DNA of 64,000 bases, from the NCBI GenBank assembly GCA_900316165.1, contig ONBW01000008.1, positions 2,135-66,134 of the forward strand. Reading direction: 5' to 3'. This DNA is from an uncultured Lachnospiraceae bacterium. Its GTDB lineage: Bacteria > Bacillota > Clostridia > Lachnospirales > Lachnospiraceae. Below are positions 47,696-58,300 of this stretch, in pieces. Numbering within the stretch: the stretch's first letter is position 1; the number at the start of each line of letters is the position of its first letter. A program made the translations under genes and the position numbers. The notes below the pieces were generated by a model that was not told the origin of the DNA, made no database searches, and saw only the letters and a list, made by a program, of their open reading frames with translations.

Positions 47696-47724
47696 TTGTA
47701 ATTTTTAGGAAAGAAAAATATAAT
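47696..47724 (+). promoter_or_regulatory. Sigma-A-type promoter candidate for the flagellar (fla/che-type) operon
   Basis: TTGTAA, a 17-nt spacer, then the consensus TATAAT. It lies 48 nt upstream of flgB. Confidence 0.55.
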
Positions 47725-47771
47725 ATATTTTGTATATACATGTACAGTTGGAACTAAGCGGAGGAAACTAA

Positions 47772-48170
47772 ATGTTAAAATCAGACGCTTTCAGTTATGT
47801 GAATCTTATGGACAAGGCACTCGATGCCAGCTGGCAGAGAGAAACAGTCATATCTAATAACATAGCAAACGCAGATACACCAGGTTACAAGCGCAGTGAT
47901 GTAAAGTTCCAGGATATTCTATTAGATGCACTAGACAGCACTAAATACAAGAATCTCGATATGGCTGTAAAGTCTCAGAATTATAATGATGACAGCCTTG
48001 ATGGCGAGGTCTATCTCGATTATCCACAGTATGATTACAGACTTGATACGAATAATGTCGATATCGACCAGGAGAACACTGAGTATGCAGGTGAGCAGCT
48101 CAGATACCAGGCTATGGCCACGAGTGTTTCAAGTGAGTTTTCCAGGTTTGATGTTGTTACCAAATCATAA
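47772..48170 (+). CDS. flgB: Flagellar basal-body rod protein FlgB
   Basis: ISNNIANADTPGYKR rod-protein N-terminal motif. It is the first gene of the operon. Confidence 0.9.
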   Translation: MLKSDAFSYVNLMDKALDASWQRETVISNNIANADTPGYKRSDVKFQDILLDALDSTKYKNLDMAVKSQNYNDDSLDGEVYLDYPQYDYRLDTNNVDIDQENTEYAGEQLRYQAMATSVSSEFSRFDVVTKS

Positions 48171-48184
48171 AACGGGAGGTACTT

Positions 48185-48637
48185 ATGAGCTTATTTCAGT
48201 CATTTGACATCGTAGGCAGCGGTCTTACAGCCCAGCGTCTTCGAATGGATACGATTTCCGAGAATATCGCGAATGTCAACACTACTCATTCAGCTGACGG
48301 GTCGGGACCATATCGCAGAAAGTCGGTTATTTTTGAAGAAAAGCAGTTAAATCCGGCATCGTTTTCTGCCACTCTTGACCAGTATACCAATTCCTATAAG
48401 GGAAACGGAGTAAGAGTAGCCAGTGTATTTGAGGATACATCAACGGATTTTAAGATGGTCTATGATCCTTCAAATCCGGATGCTGATGCTAATGGGTATG
48501 TCAGCTATCCGAATGTTGATACTGTAACGGAGATGACGAACCTGATTGATGCCACCCGTGCTTATCAGGCTAATGTTACGGTATTCAATGGACTTAAGAC
48601 TACTGCACAGCAGGGTATTTCAATCGGAAATTCATGA
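48185..48637 (+). CDS. flgC: Flagellar basal-body rod protein FlgC
   Basis: ISENIANVNTT and C-terminal EMTNLIDATRAYQANV. Confidence 0.9.
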   Translation: MSLFQSFDIVGSGLTAQRLRMDTISENIANVNTTHSADGSGPYRRKSVIFEEKQLNPASFSATLDQYTNSYKGNGVRVASVFEDTSTDFKMVYDPSNPDADANGYVSYPNVDTVTEMTNLIDATRAYQANVTVFNGLKTTAQQGISIGNS

Positions 48638-48653
48638 TAAAGGGTGATTTTAA

Positions 48654-48965
48654 ATGACGGCAGTTACAGGAATTGATTCAGCAAATTCACTTTATAAGAC
48701 TGCGCCTAAGCGTGGTGGAGTTGATCCCAACAATAATAATGATTTCGGTACGGTCTTTGACGCGGCATTAAATCTTGTAGATGAGACAAATACATTACAG
48801 AACAAGGCAGATGCCGAGCAGGTAAAGTTTGCTCTTGGTCTTTCAGACAATACTCATGATATGATGATAGCGGCTCAGAAGGCAAAGATTGCACTTCAGT
48901 ATACGAATGCAATCAGAACGAATGTCATTCAGGCTTATCAGACAATCATGAATATGCAGATATAA
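48654..48965 (+). CDS. fliE: Flagellar hook-basal body complex protein FliE
   Basis: 103 aa with C-terminal HDMMIAAQKAKIALQYTNAIRTNVIQAYQTIMNMQI. Confidence 0.85.
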   Translation: MTAVTGIDSANSLYKTAPKRGGVDPNNNNDFGTVFDAALNLVDETNTLQNKADAEQVKFALGLSDNTHDMMIAAQKAKIALQYTNAIRTNVIQAYQTIMNMQI

Positions 48966-48986
48966 TCTTTAAAAGGATAGGAAGAA

Positions 48987-50627
48987 ATGGCTGACCGGAT
49001 TAAAAATATCTTGAACAAAATTGTAGAGTGGTGGAAGAAATTCACATCGAGACAGAAGGCACTGATTATCAGTGCAGTCTCTGTTGTTGCCATTGCTCTG
49101 ATTATATTAGGTGTTGTGGCTACCCGTCCTGATAAAATGACCCTGGTTACTGCTACAGACGCGACACAGGCTCAGTCGATTAAGGACCTATTGGACGGTG
49201 ACAGCATCAAGTATTCCCAGTCTGAAGATGGTATGACTTTTACCATCGATAAAAAGGATGAGGCTGATGCGACTATACTGTTAGGACAGAACGGAATTTA
49301 CTCTAACGGATATACAGGGACGAAATCCGATGAAGAGTACGGTATATCAAATGTTGTCGATGGTTCATTTACCACGACAGAGGCTGATAAACAGAGAAAA
49401 GAAACTTACTTCATACAGAAGCAGATGGAGAAGTATCTAAAGACGCTATCGAACGTCAAGGATGCGCAGATAAACCTCAGTATTCCTGATGATGACGGTA
49501 CTCTTGCTGCCAAGCAGGAGGAGTCATCTGCAAGTGTCATGCTTGATCTCTCGGATTCTATGTCAGATGATCAGGCTGCTGCCATTGCGAAGTTTGTAGC
49601 TACAGGCCTCGGAAATAAAACTACTTCAAATATCACCATAATCGATACTGATGACAACATCCTTTTCTCAGGTGGTGATGAATCTACCTCAGGAGGAATC
49701 GCGTCGTCAAATCTTTCGGCTCAGCAGAAAAAAGAGAAATACGTCGAGAGTAAGGTAAAAAAGATTCTTTCACAGAATACCACCGGAGACGCTGTATATG
49801 ATAACGTCCAGGTGGCCGCAAATCTCGATATGAATTTCGATGATTCGGAGATTAAGAGCTGGAAATACTCAGTAGCCGATGGTCAGGACCAGGGTTATCT
49901 CGACAGCCAGACTACAGAGAATTCATCTTCTACAGGTTCAAGCGGTGGCGAGCCGGGAACTGGTTCAAACAGTGATGTGAACAGCTATGTGACTACCAAC
50001 AATGGTACTACCAGCAGTGAATCTGAGAAGACTACAAGCAACTACCTTCCAAATGAGACTTATACAAATACAAAGTCTGCGGCTGGAAAAGTTGATAATT
50101 CTAATTCTACAATCACTATCACAGCATATAATGATGTGATCTATGATGAGGATCAGATGAAAGCAGCTGGTCAGCTGAAAAAGCAGACTTTTGATCAGTT
50201 CGTAGCTAAAAACAGCGGTATGAAGGCTACTCAGGTCAGCAATAACCTGATACAGGCAGTTTCAAATGCTACAGGTATTCCTACATCGAATATCACAATA
50301 AATGCCTATGATGTTCCACAGTTCCATTACTCAACTGGTGGACGGACATGGGTTGACTGGCTTGAGATTATTCTTGCTCTGCTTATCTTTGCTCTTCTTG
50401 GCTTTGTGGCATTCAGAAGTCTTCGTGGAAAGAAAGAGGAGGAGCAGACAGAGGAGGTATCTGTGGATACGCTTCTTAGACAACAGCAGCAGGATGAGCA
50501 GCTTGAGGATATAGGATATAACGAAAAGTCTGAGGCCAGACAGCTTATTGAGAAATTTGTGGATGAAAAACCTGAGGCAGCAGCAAATCTGCTACGTAAC
50601 TGGCTGAACGAGGACTGGGGGGAATAA
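48987..50627 (+). CDS. fliF: Flagellar M-ring protein FliF
   Basis: 546 aa with TM helices near both ends, a periplasmic ring-building region and an acidic FliG-binding C-terminus. Confidence 0.88.
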   Translation: MADRIKNILNKIVEWWKKFTSRQKALIISAVSVVAIALIILGVVATRPDKMTLVTATDATQAQSIKDLLDGDSIKYSQSEDGMTFTIDKKDEADATILLGQNGIYSNGYTGTKSDEEYGISNVVDGSFTTTEADKQRKETYFIQKQMEKYLKTLSNVKDAQINLSIPDDDGTLAAKQEESSASVMLDLSDSMSDDQAAAIAKFVATGLGNKTTSNITIIDTDDNILFSGGDESTSGGIASSNLSAQQKKEKYVESKVKKILSQNTTGDAVYDNVQVAANLDMNFDDSEIKSWKYSVADGQDQGYLDSQTTENSSSTGSSGGEPGTGSNSDVNSYVTTNNGTTSSESEKTTSNYLPNETYTNTKSAAGKVDNSNSTITITAYNDVIYDEDQMKAAGQLKKQTFDQFVAKNSGMKATQVSNNLIQAVSNATGIPTSNITINAYDVPQFHYSTGGRTWVDWLEIILALLIFALLGFVAFRSLRGKKEEEQTEEVSVDTLLRQQQQDEQLEDIGYNEKSEARQLIEKFVDEKPEAAANLLRNWLNEDWGE

Positions 50628-50628
50628 A

Positions 50629-51717
50629 ATGGCAGACACAACTGCACAGAAACAAAATACAGCAGCTAAACCACCAGCCAAGGCTGCTGCTGGGACTCCG
50701 GTAGATACTGCCGCTCTTGAGGGGCTTTCAGGTGTACAGAAGGCCGCTATACTTCTGATCACGCTTGGACCAGAGAGGTCTGCAGAGATCTTCAAGCATT
50801 TGAAAGAGGATGAAATAGAAGAGCTTACTCTTGAGATAGCAAATACGAGAAGTGTATCTCCGCAGGTAAAGGACGCTGTTATAAATGAATTTTACCAGAT
50901 CTGCCTTGCACAGCAGTACATCGCAGAGGGTGGTATCGGGTATGCCAAGGAGCTTCTTGAAACTGCTCTTGGAAACGATAAGGCACAGGAAGTTATCAAC
51001 AAGCTCACAGCGTCTCTTCAGGTTCGTCCTTTCGAGTTTATCAGAAAGACAGAGCCTTCACAGGTATTAAACTTTATTCAGGATGAGCATCCTCAGACTA
51101 TAGCAATGATACTTTCATACCTGCCTGCATCTCAGGCATCTATGATCTTAAGTGCTCTTTCTCCTGAAAAACAGGCTGATGTAGCCAAGCGAATTGCTAC
51201 AATGGATCGAACCTCACCTGAGGTAATTAAAGAGGTTGAGAGAGTGCTTGAAAGAAAGTTGTCTTCTCTTATTAATCAGGATTACACTTCTGCCGGTGGC
51301 GTAGATGCTACTGTGGCTATACTCAATGCTGTAGACCGCAGTACAGAGAAGCGTATTATGGAGGCTCTTGAAATCGAGGAACCGGAGCTTGCCGAAGAAA
51401 TCAGAAAGAAGATGTTTGTATTCGAGGATATCCTTCTTCTCGACGACCGTTCTATTCAGCGTGTGCTGCGTGATGTCGATAACGGAGACCTTACTACAGC
51501 ACTTAAGGGTGCCAACGAGGATGTACAGAATGCTATCTTCAGAAATATGTCTTCGAGACTTTCTGCAATGCTCAAAGAAGACCTCGAGTACATGGGTCCT
51601 GTACGTATGAAGGATGTAGAGGAAGCTCAGCAGAAGATTGTTGGTGTTATCAGAAAGCTTGAGGATTCTGGTGAGATCATTATTTCCAGAGGTGGAGGTG
51701 ATGACCTCGTTGTATAG
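50629..51717 (+). CDS. fliG: Flagellar motor switch protein FliG
   Basis: GVQKAAILLITLG, the EHPQTIAMILSYL armadillo motif, and a C-terminal charged helix region. A roughly 30-aa Ala/Pro/Lys-rich N-terminal extension is present. Confidence 0.9.
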   Translation: MADTTAQKQNTAAKPPAKAAAGTPVDTAALEGLSGVQKAAILLITLGPERSAEIFKHLKEDEIEELTLEIANTRSVSPQVKDAVINEFYQICLAQQYIAEGGIGYAKELLETALGNDKAQEVINKLTASLQVRPFEFIRKTEPSQVLNFIQDEHPQTIAMILSYLPASQASMILSALSPEKQADVAKRIATMDRTSPEVIKEVERVLERKLSSLINQDYTSAGGVDATVAILNAVDRSTEKRIMEALEIEEPELAEEIRKKMFVFEDILLLDDRSIQRVLRDVDNGDLTTALKGANEDVQNAIFRNMSSRLSAMLKEDLEYMGPVRMKDVEEAQQKIVGVIRKLEDSGEIIISRGGGDDLVV

Positions 51718-52627
51718 TATTTATCATGGGAGCAGAGTTAGTGACGAAAAGGTTGTCATTAACTCAAATGAACGTGCTCTTGAAAAAATCCGTGCCTGGC
51801 AGAAGCATGCAGAGGATGAAAAACTAAGGCAGCGCAGAAGTGAAGCAGATGAATATCTCTCAAAACTTCCAAAGGATGAGAATGGTGAAGCTGTACTCGA
51901 GCAAAATGAGGATGGCTCCGTAAAGATTCCTCTTGGAAGTGATGGTGAGCCACTTTTTTCTATAGATGAAAATGGGAAGCCATTTTTTCAGGAAGAAAAT
52001 GAGACTGATGAGGGAGAGACAGAGGAAGCAGCTCAGGTTCAGACTGATGAGGAGAGAGAGCAGATTCTTTCGGATGCCAGAGCAGAGGCCGTATCTATAG
52101 TTAATAAGGCTAAGGAAGAGGCCGATGCACTTTTTCTGCATACCAGAGATGAAGCTGTCTCCCAGGGATACACCGATGGACTTGCAAAGGCTTCTGACGA
52201 ATATGCTGCAAAGCAGAAGGCATTAGACGACAGGGCAGAGGCTTTAGAACAGAATTATCAGGAGAAAACCGCATCTCTTGAAAATGATGTGCTTGAGGCA
52301 GTCCTTTCAGTTGTACAGAAGGCATTTTCCATAGAATTTGGCGATGATGAAGAGCTTCTCTTAAAGCTTGTAGATGACTGCATTAACCATGTGGATTCAG
52401 CAAAAGAGCTTTTAGTCAGGGCTAATGAAAAGAATTATAATCTTCTTACTTCAAAGAAGCAGGAAATAATTGATAAGGTCGGAGAGGGTGTAAGTGTTGA
52501 GTTTGCTAAAGACCCACTGCTTACAGATGGTCAGTGCATGATAGAAACTGATGGCGGAGTTTATGATGTATCGATTGACACAGAGCTTAAGAATCTGATC
52601 AAGCGAATCAGATTGCTGACACTCTGA
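51701..52627 (+). CDS. fliH: Flagellar assembly protein FliH
   Basis: It holds the position between fliG and fliI. It has an acidic coiled-coil middle region and a FliH/V-ATPase-E-like C-terminus. The preferred start is the ATG at 51701, just after GGTGGAGGTG. The tracker start at 51638 lies deep inside fliG. Confidence 0.75.
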   Translation: MTSLYSIYHGSRVSDEKVVINSNERALEKIRAWQKHAEDEKLRQRRSEADEYLSKLPKDENGEAVLEQNEDGSVKIPLGSDGEPLFSIDENGKPFFQEENETDEGETEEAAQVQTDEEREQILSDARAEAVSIVNKAKEEADALFLHTRDEAVSQGYTDGLAKASDEYAAKQKALDDRAEALEQNYQEKTASLENDVLEAVLSVVQKAFSIEFGDDEELLLKLVDDCINHVDSAKELLVRANEKNYNLLTSKKQEIIDKVGEGVSVEFAKDPLLTDGQCMIETDGGVYDVSIDTELKNLIKRIRLLTL

Positions 52628-52649
52628 TTTTTTTGTTAAGGGTGATCTG

Positions 52650-53987
52650 ATGGATCTTTCCAGAATCGAAGAGGCTTTGGATGAGCCTCTGTACGACCAG
52701 CTTGGAAGAGTTTCAAAGGTCGTAGGTCTTACAATCGAATCTATCGGACCGGAGGCAAAATTAAACGATCTCTGTAAGATCCAGACTGCTTTCGGTTCTG
52801 TCGTAATGGCCGAGGTTGTTGGATTTAACGATAAGAGGCTTATACTCATGCCTTTTGAGTCTACCGAGGGAATAGCTGTAGGCTCTATTGTTACAAATAC
52901 AGGAAAGCCGCTTTCTATCCCAGTGGGTGATGCTCTATTGGGACATACTGTCGATGGTATCGGCCGTATAGATGACTTGAAGGAAGGAGAGGAATACCCG
53001 CATTTTGATGTAGAGTATCCGTGTGAGGCTGATCCTCCAGATCCTATGAGCAGAGTCATTATAAAGGATGTCCTTCCTCTGGGAGTAAAGGCTGTTGACG
53101 GTCTTATCACTGTCGGGAAGGGACAGCGTATCGGTATTTTTGCCGGTTCAGGTGTCGGAAAGTCTACTCTTATGGGTATGTTCGCCAGAAACACAAAGGC
53201 ACAGATAAATGTTATAGCTCTTATAGGAGAGCGTGGCCGTGAGGTCAGGGAATTCGTAGAGCATGACTTAGGTCCCGAGGGTATGAAGCGCTCTGTTGTA
53301 GTAGTTGCTACCTCAGATAAACCTGCACTTATCAGACAGAAGGCAGCAAAGACGGCTACTGCGATTGCTGAATATTTCAGAGATCAGGGGAAGGATGTTC
53401 TTCTGATGATGGATTCCCTCACCCGTTTCTGTATGGCTCAGCGTGAGATAGGCCTTGCTTCCGGTGAACCTCCTGTTACGAGAGGTTATCCGCCTTCTAT
53501 ATATGCCCAGCTTCCAAGGCTTCTTGAGAGAGCAGGAAACTCAGATAAGGGTTCCATCACAGGACTTTATACAGTGCTTGTAGATGGTGATGATTTCAAC
53601 GAGCCTATCACTGATACAGCCAGAAGTATCCTTGACGGTCATATAGTATTAAACCGAAAGCTTGCTCAGAAGAACCACTATCCGGCTATTGATGTCTTAG
53701 CATCAATCTCCAGGGTCATGAGCGCAGTTGCAGCCAAAGACCATAAGAAGGCTGCCGGACAGCTCAAAAATGTTATGGCCACCTACAGCGATGCAGAGGA
53801 CCTTATCAATATTGGTGCTTACAAAAAAGGCTCGAATCCTGAAATAGACTTCGCTATCCAAAAAATGCCTGAGGTTAACCGTTTTCTGTTGCAGCAGACA
53901 GATGAGAAATTTGACTTTGATGAGGAAGTTCAAATGTTAATGGATATTTTTCCACAAGAAACTGATACTCAGCAGAAAGGGGCTTAA
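52650..53987 (+). CDS. fliI: Flagellum-specific ATP synthase FliI
   Basis: Walker A GSGVGKST, Walker B VLLMMDSLTR. Size is 445 aa. Confidence 0.92.
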   Translation: MDLSRIEEALDEPLYDQLGRVSKVVGLTIESIGPEAKLNDLCKIQTAFGSVVMAEVVGFNDKRLILMPFESTEGIAVGSIVTNTGKPLSIPVGDALLGHTVDGIGRIDDLKEGEEYPHFDVEYPCEADPPDPMSRVIIKDVLPLGVKAVDGLITVGKGQRIGIFAGSGVGKSTLMGMFARNTKAQINVIALIGERGREVREFVEHDLGPEGMKRSVVVVATSDKPALIRQKAAKTATAIAEYFRDQGKDVLLMMDSLTRFCMAQREIGLASGEPPVTRGYPPSIYAQLPRLLERAGNSDKGSITGLYTVLVDGDDFNEPITDTARSILDGHIVLNRKLAQKNHYPAIDVLASISRVMSAVAAKDHKKAAGQLKNVMATYSDAEDLINIGAYKKGSNPEIDFAIQKMPEVNRFLLQQTDEKFDFDEEVQMLMDIFPQETDTQQKGA

Positions 53988-53993
53988 TGGCCG

Positions 53994-54449
53994 ATGGCTA
54001 AGTTTGTTTACCGCCTTCAGAATATTTTAAACCTGAAGCAGATGCTTGAGGATCAGGAGAAGGCACAGTTTGCTGCAGCTGCTGCAAAAGAGGCTGAGGA
54101 GAGAGACAAGCTGACGAAGCTTTTAGTCAGAAATGCCGACTATCAGAGAAGACTTCAGGAAGCAGTAAGCAGTGACAAAATAGACAGGAAAGAGATCATT
54201 TTTTTAAAAAATGCAGACACTACCATGAAGTCACTGATCCGTGACCAGATGTTTGCAGTAAAGAGAGCCCAGAACGCCCTTGAGCTCGAGAGGCAGAAGC
54301 TCGATGAGGCCAGAAAAGAGAGAAAGACTCATGAGAGACTTAAGGAAAAGGCCTTCGATGAATTCAAGATGGAGCTTAATGCAGCCGACAACAAGGCAAA
54401 TGATGAGCTTACGAGCTATACCTATGGCGTTAAAAAAACAGGTAAATGA
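53994..54449 (+). CDS. fliJ: Flagellar export chaperone-like protein FliJ
   Basis: A 151-aa coiled coil with N-terminal FVYRLQNILNLK. It follows fliI. Confidence 0.8.
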   Translation: MAKFVYRLQNILNLKQMLEDQEKAQFAAAAAKEAEERDKLTKLLVRNADYQRRLQEAVSSDKIDRKEIIFLKNADTTMKSLIRDQMFAVKRAQNALELERQKLDEARKERKTHERLKEKAFDEFKMELNAADNKANDELTSYTYGVKKTGK

Positions 54450-54466
54450 TTCGTTAGGAGATACAT

Positions 54467-55339
54467 ATGTCAGATTCTACATCACTTCAGGAAAAACGTG
54501 GTGAAACCAAACCAGATCCAAAAAAGAAGGGAAAGAAGAATAAAAAAGGTGAGACAGACGAGGATTCTAAGGGATCGGGTATTGCAGTAGTCCTTGCTGG
54601 TATTATTATTCTTATAGTCTGGCTTGGAATTATCGCTCTGCTGATTCATATGGATGTAGGTGGTATCGGTACTATGGTATCCCCTTATTTAAAAAATATC
54701 CCGGTAGTAAAAAATATCCTGCCGGCAAGTGCGTCAGGTGATGCCACCTCTACTGAGAATGATCCTTATGCATTCTCATCCATGCAGGAGGCTGTGGCTC
54801 GTGTTAAAGAGCTTGAGAAGCAGGTAGCTAAGCAGAAGAAACAGCTTGCCGCCGCAGAGAATGACTCAGCTGACTTAGCCCAGCTTAAAAAGCAGCTGAA
54901 GAAATATCAGGATAATGAAAAGAAATTCGAGAAAGAAAAGGCTGACTTCTACGAACAGGTAGTCTACGCAGATAATGCTCCGGATATCTCGAATTATAAG
55001 ACTTACTATGAGGAAATAGAGCCGGAGACAGCTGAGAAGCTGTATAAGCAGGTTATCTCTGACCTTCAGACTGATTCAAAGCTTTCGGATTATGCGGCTG
55101 CTTATTCTGCAATGAAGCCAAAGGAGGCAGCTGCAATCTTTGATACTATGACGAATAATCTGAAGCTCGTAGGTAAGATACTTTGGACTATGAAAAAAGA
55201 CGACCGCGGCGCAATTCTTGGAAAAATGGATCCCGATACCGCGGCTGCAGTAACGAAGCTTATGGAGCCGACCTCTTCGACTCCGGCCAACTCAGGCTCA
55301 ACAGTTGCGGCTCCGTCTACATCTTCATCAGGTAATTGA
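54467..55339 (+). CDS. YlxF/MotE-like flagellar operon protein (one TM helix, coiled coil, MgtE-N-like C-terminus)
   Basis: TM helix IAVVLAGIIILIVWLGIIALLI and C-terminal MKPKEAAAIFDTM..AILGKMDPDTAAAVTKLM. It follows fliJ, as ylxF does in Bacillus. Confidence 0.65.
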   Translation: MSDSTSLQEKRGETKPDPKKKGKKNKKGETDEDSKGSGIAVVLAGIIILIVWLGIIALLIHMDVGGIGTMVSPYLKNIPVVKNILPASASGDATSTENDPYAFSSMQEAVARVKELEKQVAKQKKQLAAAENDSADLAQLKKQLKKYQDNEKKFEKEKADFYEQVVYADNAPDISNYKTYYEEIEPETAEKLYKQVISDLQTDSKLSDYAAAYSAMKPKEAAAIFDTMTNNLKLVGKILWTMKKDDRGAILGKMDPDTAAAVTKLMEPTSSTPANSGSTVAAPSTSSSGN

Positions 55340-55345
55340 TTTTTT

Positions 55346-55376
55346 GGCCCGCCTTCAGCGGGCCTTTGATTTTTTA
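55346..55376 (+). terminator. Strong terminator-type hairpin inside the flagellar operon
   Basis: GGCCCGC CTTCA GCGGGCC is a perfect 7-bp GC stem, followed by TTTGATTTTTT. It starts 7 nt after the ylxF-like stop and ends at the RBS (AAGGA) of the next gene. Confidence 0.7.
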
Positions 55377-55388
55377 AGGATATTTTTT

Positions 55389-58300
55389 ATGGATAAAGCA
55401 ACGGATTTTATTTCACTTTCAGAAAAGTATGATGATAAAAATAAAAAGCAGGAGCTTATTTGTCTGTATCAGGCAGCTTTCTATGCCCAAAAACATAAAG
55501 ATACTTTTCTTTTGAATTCTATCAATAATAAAATATCAGAGATTTGTGCTGAGGGTTATGATGTTCCTGGAACATCTATTGTAATCCTTTCTTTTAATAC
55601 ACTTGATTATACAAAACAGTGTCTTGAGAGTGTAAAGGAGACAGTTCCTTTAGACAGATGTCAGATCGTGGTAGTAGATAATGCTTCCTCAGACGGTAGT
55701 GTTGAATACCTTAGAACACTTGACTGGATCACTCTTGTGGAAAACAAGGAAAACAGAGGATTTCCTAGTGGCTGTAATGATGGTATAAATATGTCTTCTC
55801 CAGAAAATGATATTTATCTGCTCAACTCCGATACCATCCTTACTAAGAATGCTCTTTTCTGGCTTAAAATGGGTCTTTACAGCAGTGAAAAAGTCGGTAG
55901 TTGTGGCAGTATTTCAAATTATGCTGCAGGAGGTCAGGCAGTATATAAAAACTGGAAATCTGTAGATGATATGGTCTCATTTGCAGAAAAGACAAACGTA
56001 GAAATTGAAAATCCGTATGAGTACAGAATGTTTCTTATTGGATTTTCCTTACTTCTTAAAAGAAATGTACTCGATAAGATTGGACTTTTAGACGAAAGGT
56101 TTAATCCTGGAAATAGTGAAGATATTGATATCTGCTTAAGAGTCTTAAAGAATGGTAATGTAAATCTCCTCTGTCGTAACAGCTTTGTGATTCATTTCGG
56201 AAGCAGGTCATTTGAGAAACTTCAGAAACAAGGTGAAAACTATGGAAATTTATTAGAAAAAAATACAAAAAAATTAAATGAAAAGCTCGGATTTGATATA
56301 TGGACAGCTTTAAATGATGTTAAAAGACATGCATTAATGCAGGCCAAGTCTTATCATAAAAGGACACTTAATGTCCTTGAATTGGGGTGCGGTATAGGGA
56401 GTACTGCTGCTTTTTTAAAGACAGATTTTCCTACTGCAGTTTATACTGGAATAGAAAAAAACAGTAGGTATGCATCATTTGCTGGAGCATTCGGAAATAT
56501 TATCACTGGTTCTTATATGGATATAAACCCTGATGATTACTTCAGTAAATCTCAATTTGATTTAATTATATTTTCGGATTCAAATGAGAAGGATATTGAA
56601 AAAAAATATTCTCCATATTTAAAAAAGGACGGTCATTTTTTTAATGACAAGTCACGTCCTGTTCTTTCTATTTCCATGCTCTGTAACGGAGCACATAAGG
56701 AAGAGACAAAAAAGTGTCTTGAAGCTCTGATGACAATAAAGAACCGTCTCAGCAGTGAGCTGGTTATAGTTGATACTGGCTGTGATGATGAGATGAAGAA
56801 CCTGATCAGCTCTTATGCTGACAAGGTTGTTCCATTCAAATGGTGCGATGACTTCGCGAAGGCCAGGAATGCCGGCCTAAAAGAGTGCCATGGCGAATGG
56901 TTTATGTCTGTGGATGACGACGAGTGGTTTGAAAATACTGATGAACTCGTTGATTTTTTCATATCTGGGAAGTATAAGAATTATAAACAGGCTGCATATA
57001 TAGTCAGGAATTATTTGGATATGGACGGCAGAAATTATGATGACTTCTGGGTCGGCCGGATGACAAAGATGATGCCTGAAACACATTATATAGGGCTTAT
57101 ACACGAGTATCTAACACCGCTGATAGGCGACTGTGCTATGATTCACAGTTACGAACATCACTATGGTTACGTATATAAAGATATGCGTGAGCATATGGCG
57201 AAAGCAAGGAGAAATATCAAGCCGCTTATTAGGATGATAAAGGAAGATCCAACTAATCTTCATTGGTGTTCACAGCTTGTTCAGGAATACATGGCATGCA
57301 GACTGGACTCAAATCTTTATTCTTTTTGCGGTCAAGTACTTGAAAAGATTGATAAAATAGATGATCCTGAAATAAACAGGGTCAGAGCTGACTTCTATTG
57401 TGGGAGGTTAGTTGCTTCAAACGGTCTTTATGACTATGATGGTACAATAAAGGATTTTAATATCTTTAGAAAAGACAGGCGGAATAATGAAATCTGCATG
57501 GCAAACCTGTATTTTCTTGTAGTAATAGCTTATTTTCAGCAGAAAGATTTTTCCCATGTAATAAATTACGGACACAAGTATCTGGACATCTATGAAAAAT
57601 GGAAGGATTATGATGATTTGTCTGAAAGATTAAATTCAGTCGGCAGTCTTACTACAAAATATATATTTGGTAAGAAAAAAATTATTACACTTGTAGGTTT
57701 AGTAATATCTGCTGGAATTGAAGAAAAGGAAACGGATGATCTGTTCAGATACTTTGACATTCTTTCTGATTTGTACAGCGATGGTAGTCAGTACGAGTTT
57801 ACTTGGGGAGAGACTATTAATGCCATCTCAGAATTTGAATATGATGATAGATTTGTTGAGATAGCTGATAAACTTTTGTCATATGATAAAGTGATGGTAG
57901 AAGTTACCGCTAGAGCAAAAGAGATAGAAAATGCGAATGAGGATGAAGAAAAGATAAAGAAATTAATAAGAGTATTCGGTCAGACGAAAAATGGCAGAAA
58001 CTACTACCTAGATTATATGCGCTTCATGTATGAGGCTGAATTTGGAAACGATAGTACAAAACTTTCTGAAAAATTCAAAACTCTTATTTTGATGACTAAT
58101 GATTTTCTTAATCACGATAAGAAGTTATGGGAAACAGCTGAACGCAAGTCAATTGATATAGCAGAGGTTTTTAAAAAAATTCCATTTAAAAAATGGTACA
58201 GAGTTGTAAATGAATATTTTGATAGACATGATGAAAAGCAGACAGAACCAGTTAGAAGGCTAATGTCTCACTTATCATCAGATGAAGATCAGAGATTTGT

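Noticed and set aside
52451-53194. A 247-aa minus-strand ORF across the fliH-fliI junction. Other antisense or alternative-frame ORFs were treated the same way, for example 2155-2598, 9660-10067, 11691-12062, 44040-44522 and 59469-59804.
   Set aside because: All lie within or antisense to genes with clear family signatures. They have biased Ser/Pro/Leu composition, no RBS and no family resemblance.
55305-55388. The tracker's upstream start for the 1240-aa ORF, which overlaps the ylxF-like gene.
   Set aside because: The extension (MRLRLHLHQVIDFLARLQRAF...) is the translation of the terminator hairpin region, overlaps ylxF and has no RBS. The ATG at 55389 has a well-spaced AAGGA.
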